DNA from: Vibrio phage phi 3
Reading direction: 5' to 3' (one strand)
Sequence record: KP280063.1
Length of the DNA stretch: 32,000 nucleotides
In this document: positions 30,623-32,000 of the stretch, piece after piece
How positions within the stretch are numbered: position 1 is the first letter of the stretch
How the letters are laid out: the number at the start of each line of letters is the position of its first letter
Translations under genes and position numbers: made by a program
Notes under the pieces: model-generated
Seen by the model: the letters and a program-made list of their open reading frames with translations, nothing else
Databases searched by the model: none
What the model was told of the DNA's origin: nothing

Positions 30623-31762
30623 AGGGTACATTCTCTTACTAGCACACTCTAAGGCAAGAACCTTTATATCGTAGTTAGGGTCTTCTTTGTCTAAGTTAAG
30701 ACCCTTTTTCAGGGTGAATACCAGTTTGGGAAATACTGGGGTTATCTTATCCTCACCTAATCCCTGTATTCTGGTGCGTAGTATGCCTTCTTGAATTAGT
30801 TTGGCTTCCCAAGTTTCCCCTAGACCGAAGCCAAAAGTGAGGAAGGGTGTTTGGCCATTAGTACAGTAAATGGTATTTACCTGATACTCTAAGGTTTGGC
30901 AAGCATCCATAACTGCCTTTTTGGTAGCTATCTTTGCTTCGCTCTCTATAACTGATAGAGCTAGAGGGTCTACGACCACATCTGTACCGGTAAATCTGCG
31001 GTACATATTCATAGCCCTTTTATATTCCTTCTTAAAGGTTCTAGCTACATAAGGCGCTAGAACTTCATCTAGCCTATCGAAACTTGTTCCACCAAACTGT
31101 TGGCTAGCCACAGCTGCTGCTACTTGAGACACTACTGTTGCTGCAGTCTGGATGGACTTTGGTGGCTCAATTCTGGCGTTACCCATTTTGAAGCCTCTTT
31201 CCAACATCCCTTTCAAATCTACTAGACAACAGTTGGTCAATCCCATCATTGGGCTGTAATCTAGGTCGTGAAAATGAATGTTTCCAGCTATATGCTCTCG
31301 TGCCGTTTCACGCGGTAGCAGATAGTTCAGAGCGTAGTGCCGAGATATTTCCCCTGCCAAGAGGTCTCGTTGCACATGGAATAGCGCCGACTCCTTGTTG
31401 GCATTCTCGTGCAGTAAATCAGGGTTTGTCTGGTTTACCAGACCAATTATGTTTTGGTGTAGAGAAGAGCGCAAATCCCGCGCCTGCTGACGATCATGGC
31501 TATACTCAATAAACTTACGTGCCACCTGCTTCCAGCAAGAGGACATTAGCGTATCTTCGATAAGTTCCTCGATCTCAAAAATGGTAACTGAAGACTTATT
31601 GGAACTAAGTAGTTTGTTAACTACTAGCGTAGTTACGTCTTCTGCTACTTGATTAGCTTCGTTATACTCAAAGTCAGCATCACTTGCAGCCATGAAGACC
31701 GCTTCAAAAATTTTGTCAGGTATTAGTGCCTGCCTTGTATTGTCTTTCTTGATGACCAGCAT
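30623..31762 (-). CDS. nrdD: anaerobic ribonucleoside-triphosphate reductase, exon 1 (N-terminal part)
   Basis: ATP-cone start (MLVIKKDNTRQALIPDKI). The ORF reads 6 codons past ...ECASKRMYP into the insert and then stops at 30602. AGGAGG RBS. Confidence 0.8.
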
Positions 31763-31804
31763 CTAAATGTCCTCCTAAGGAATACTATTCACAATTAGAT
31801 GGAT

Positions 31805-31833
31805 ATTATAACAATTAGCCCGGATCACGTCAA
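31805..31833 (-). promoter_or_regulatory. sigma70-type promoter of the nrdD operon
   Basis: Minus strand reads TTGACG, 17 nt, TATAAT, preceded by an A/T-rich UP-like tract. Confidence 0.75.
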
Positions 31834-32000
31834 GAAAATTTTTTAGGGATCCTCCGACCTATGGCCTATTTAGAAAAATAATATCTTGCTGTCAAGTCGG
31901 GTGTCATGGTACTAGATACTCATTTATATACGCGCACGCGCGAGAGCTTTTTGGGTTAAAAAACTATTTGCTAAAGAGGTGGAAATTATAATAGAATGTT

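Noticed and set aside
1529-31512. All plus-strand ORFs in the track: 1529-1792, 2262-2492, 6117-6371, 7948-8136, 10536-10829, 12330-12539, 13098-13295, 13957-14196, 17169-17387, 18541-18780, 20417-20662, 21439-21621, 22086-22286, 22120-22434, 23266-23463, 23473-23658, 24125-24334, 24501-24731, 24848-25072, 28015-28338 and 31249-31512.
   Set aside because: Each lies antisense inside a well-supported minus-strand gene or a tRNA. None has an RBS. Their compositions (Ser/Leu/Cys/Pro-rich) are typical of shadow frames.
28745-31762. nrdD as two independently translated split-gene halves.
   Set aside because: The downstream half begins at a GTG with no convincing RBS and has 9 non-conserved codons before homology resumes. 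The junction features fit an intron better. This is kept as the alternative hypothesis in the finding.
31931-31942. Alternating purine-pyrimidine tract CGCGCACGCGCG upstream of the nrdD promoter.
   Set aside because: It is only 12 nt, and no partner element or adjacent feature was identified. It is noted as a local GC spike only.

Overview
The window is a gene-dense region of a lytic tailed phage. Every credible gene is on the minus strand, and all plus-strand ORFs look like shadow frames. By inference only (no search was run), gene content matches the early, nucleotide-metabolism and tRNA region of a T5-like siphovirus. Reading from high to low coordinates, the window contains the following. 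(1) An anaerobic RNR gene nrdD interrupted by an ~843-nt group-I-intron-like insert that carries an HNH endonuclease ORF. (2) A Dam-type N6-adenine methyltransferase, then nrdH-like, nrdB, nrdA, nrdG and phoH. (3) A NADAR/YbiA-family protein, RNase HI and several small promoter-led ORFs. (4) A DexA-like DEDDh exonuclease translationally coupled to an HslV/proteasome-beta-like Ntn hydrolase. (5) A tRNA island at about 15.8-19.0 kb plus three outlying tRNAs. It has 11 canonical tRNAs including an initiator-like tRNA-fMet, 2 degenerate tRNA-like elements, a YqeY/GatB-domain protein, a T5orf172/GIY-YIG-like ORF and structured non-coding spacers. (6) thyA and a DHFR gene. (7) A two-component spanin pair, a dNMP kinase, a tail fibre with C-terminal HxH repeats, a holin-like protein with an M15 endolysin, and an HD-domain (p)ppGpp-hydrolase-like protein. 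About 18 near-consensus sigma70 promoters (TTGnnn, 17 nt, TATAAT) and several intrinsic terminators punctuate the region. All calls come from motifs read by eye and hand-folded RNAs. Coordinates of small ORFs, promoters and intron boundaries are provisional.
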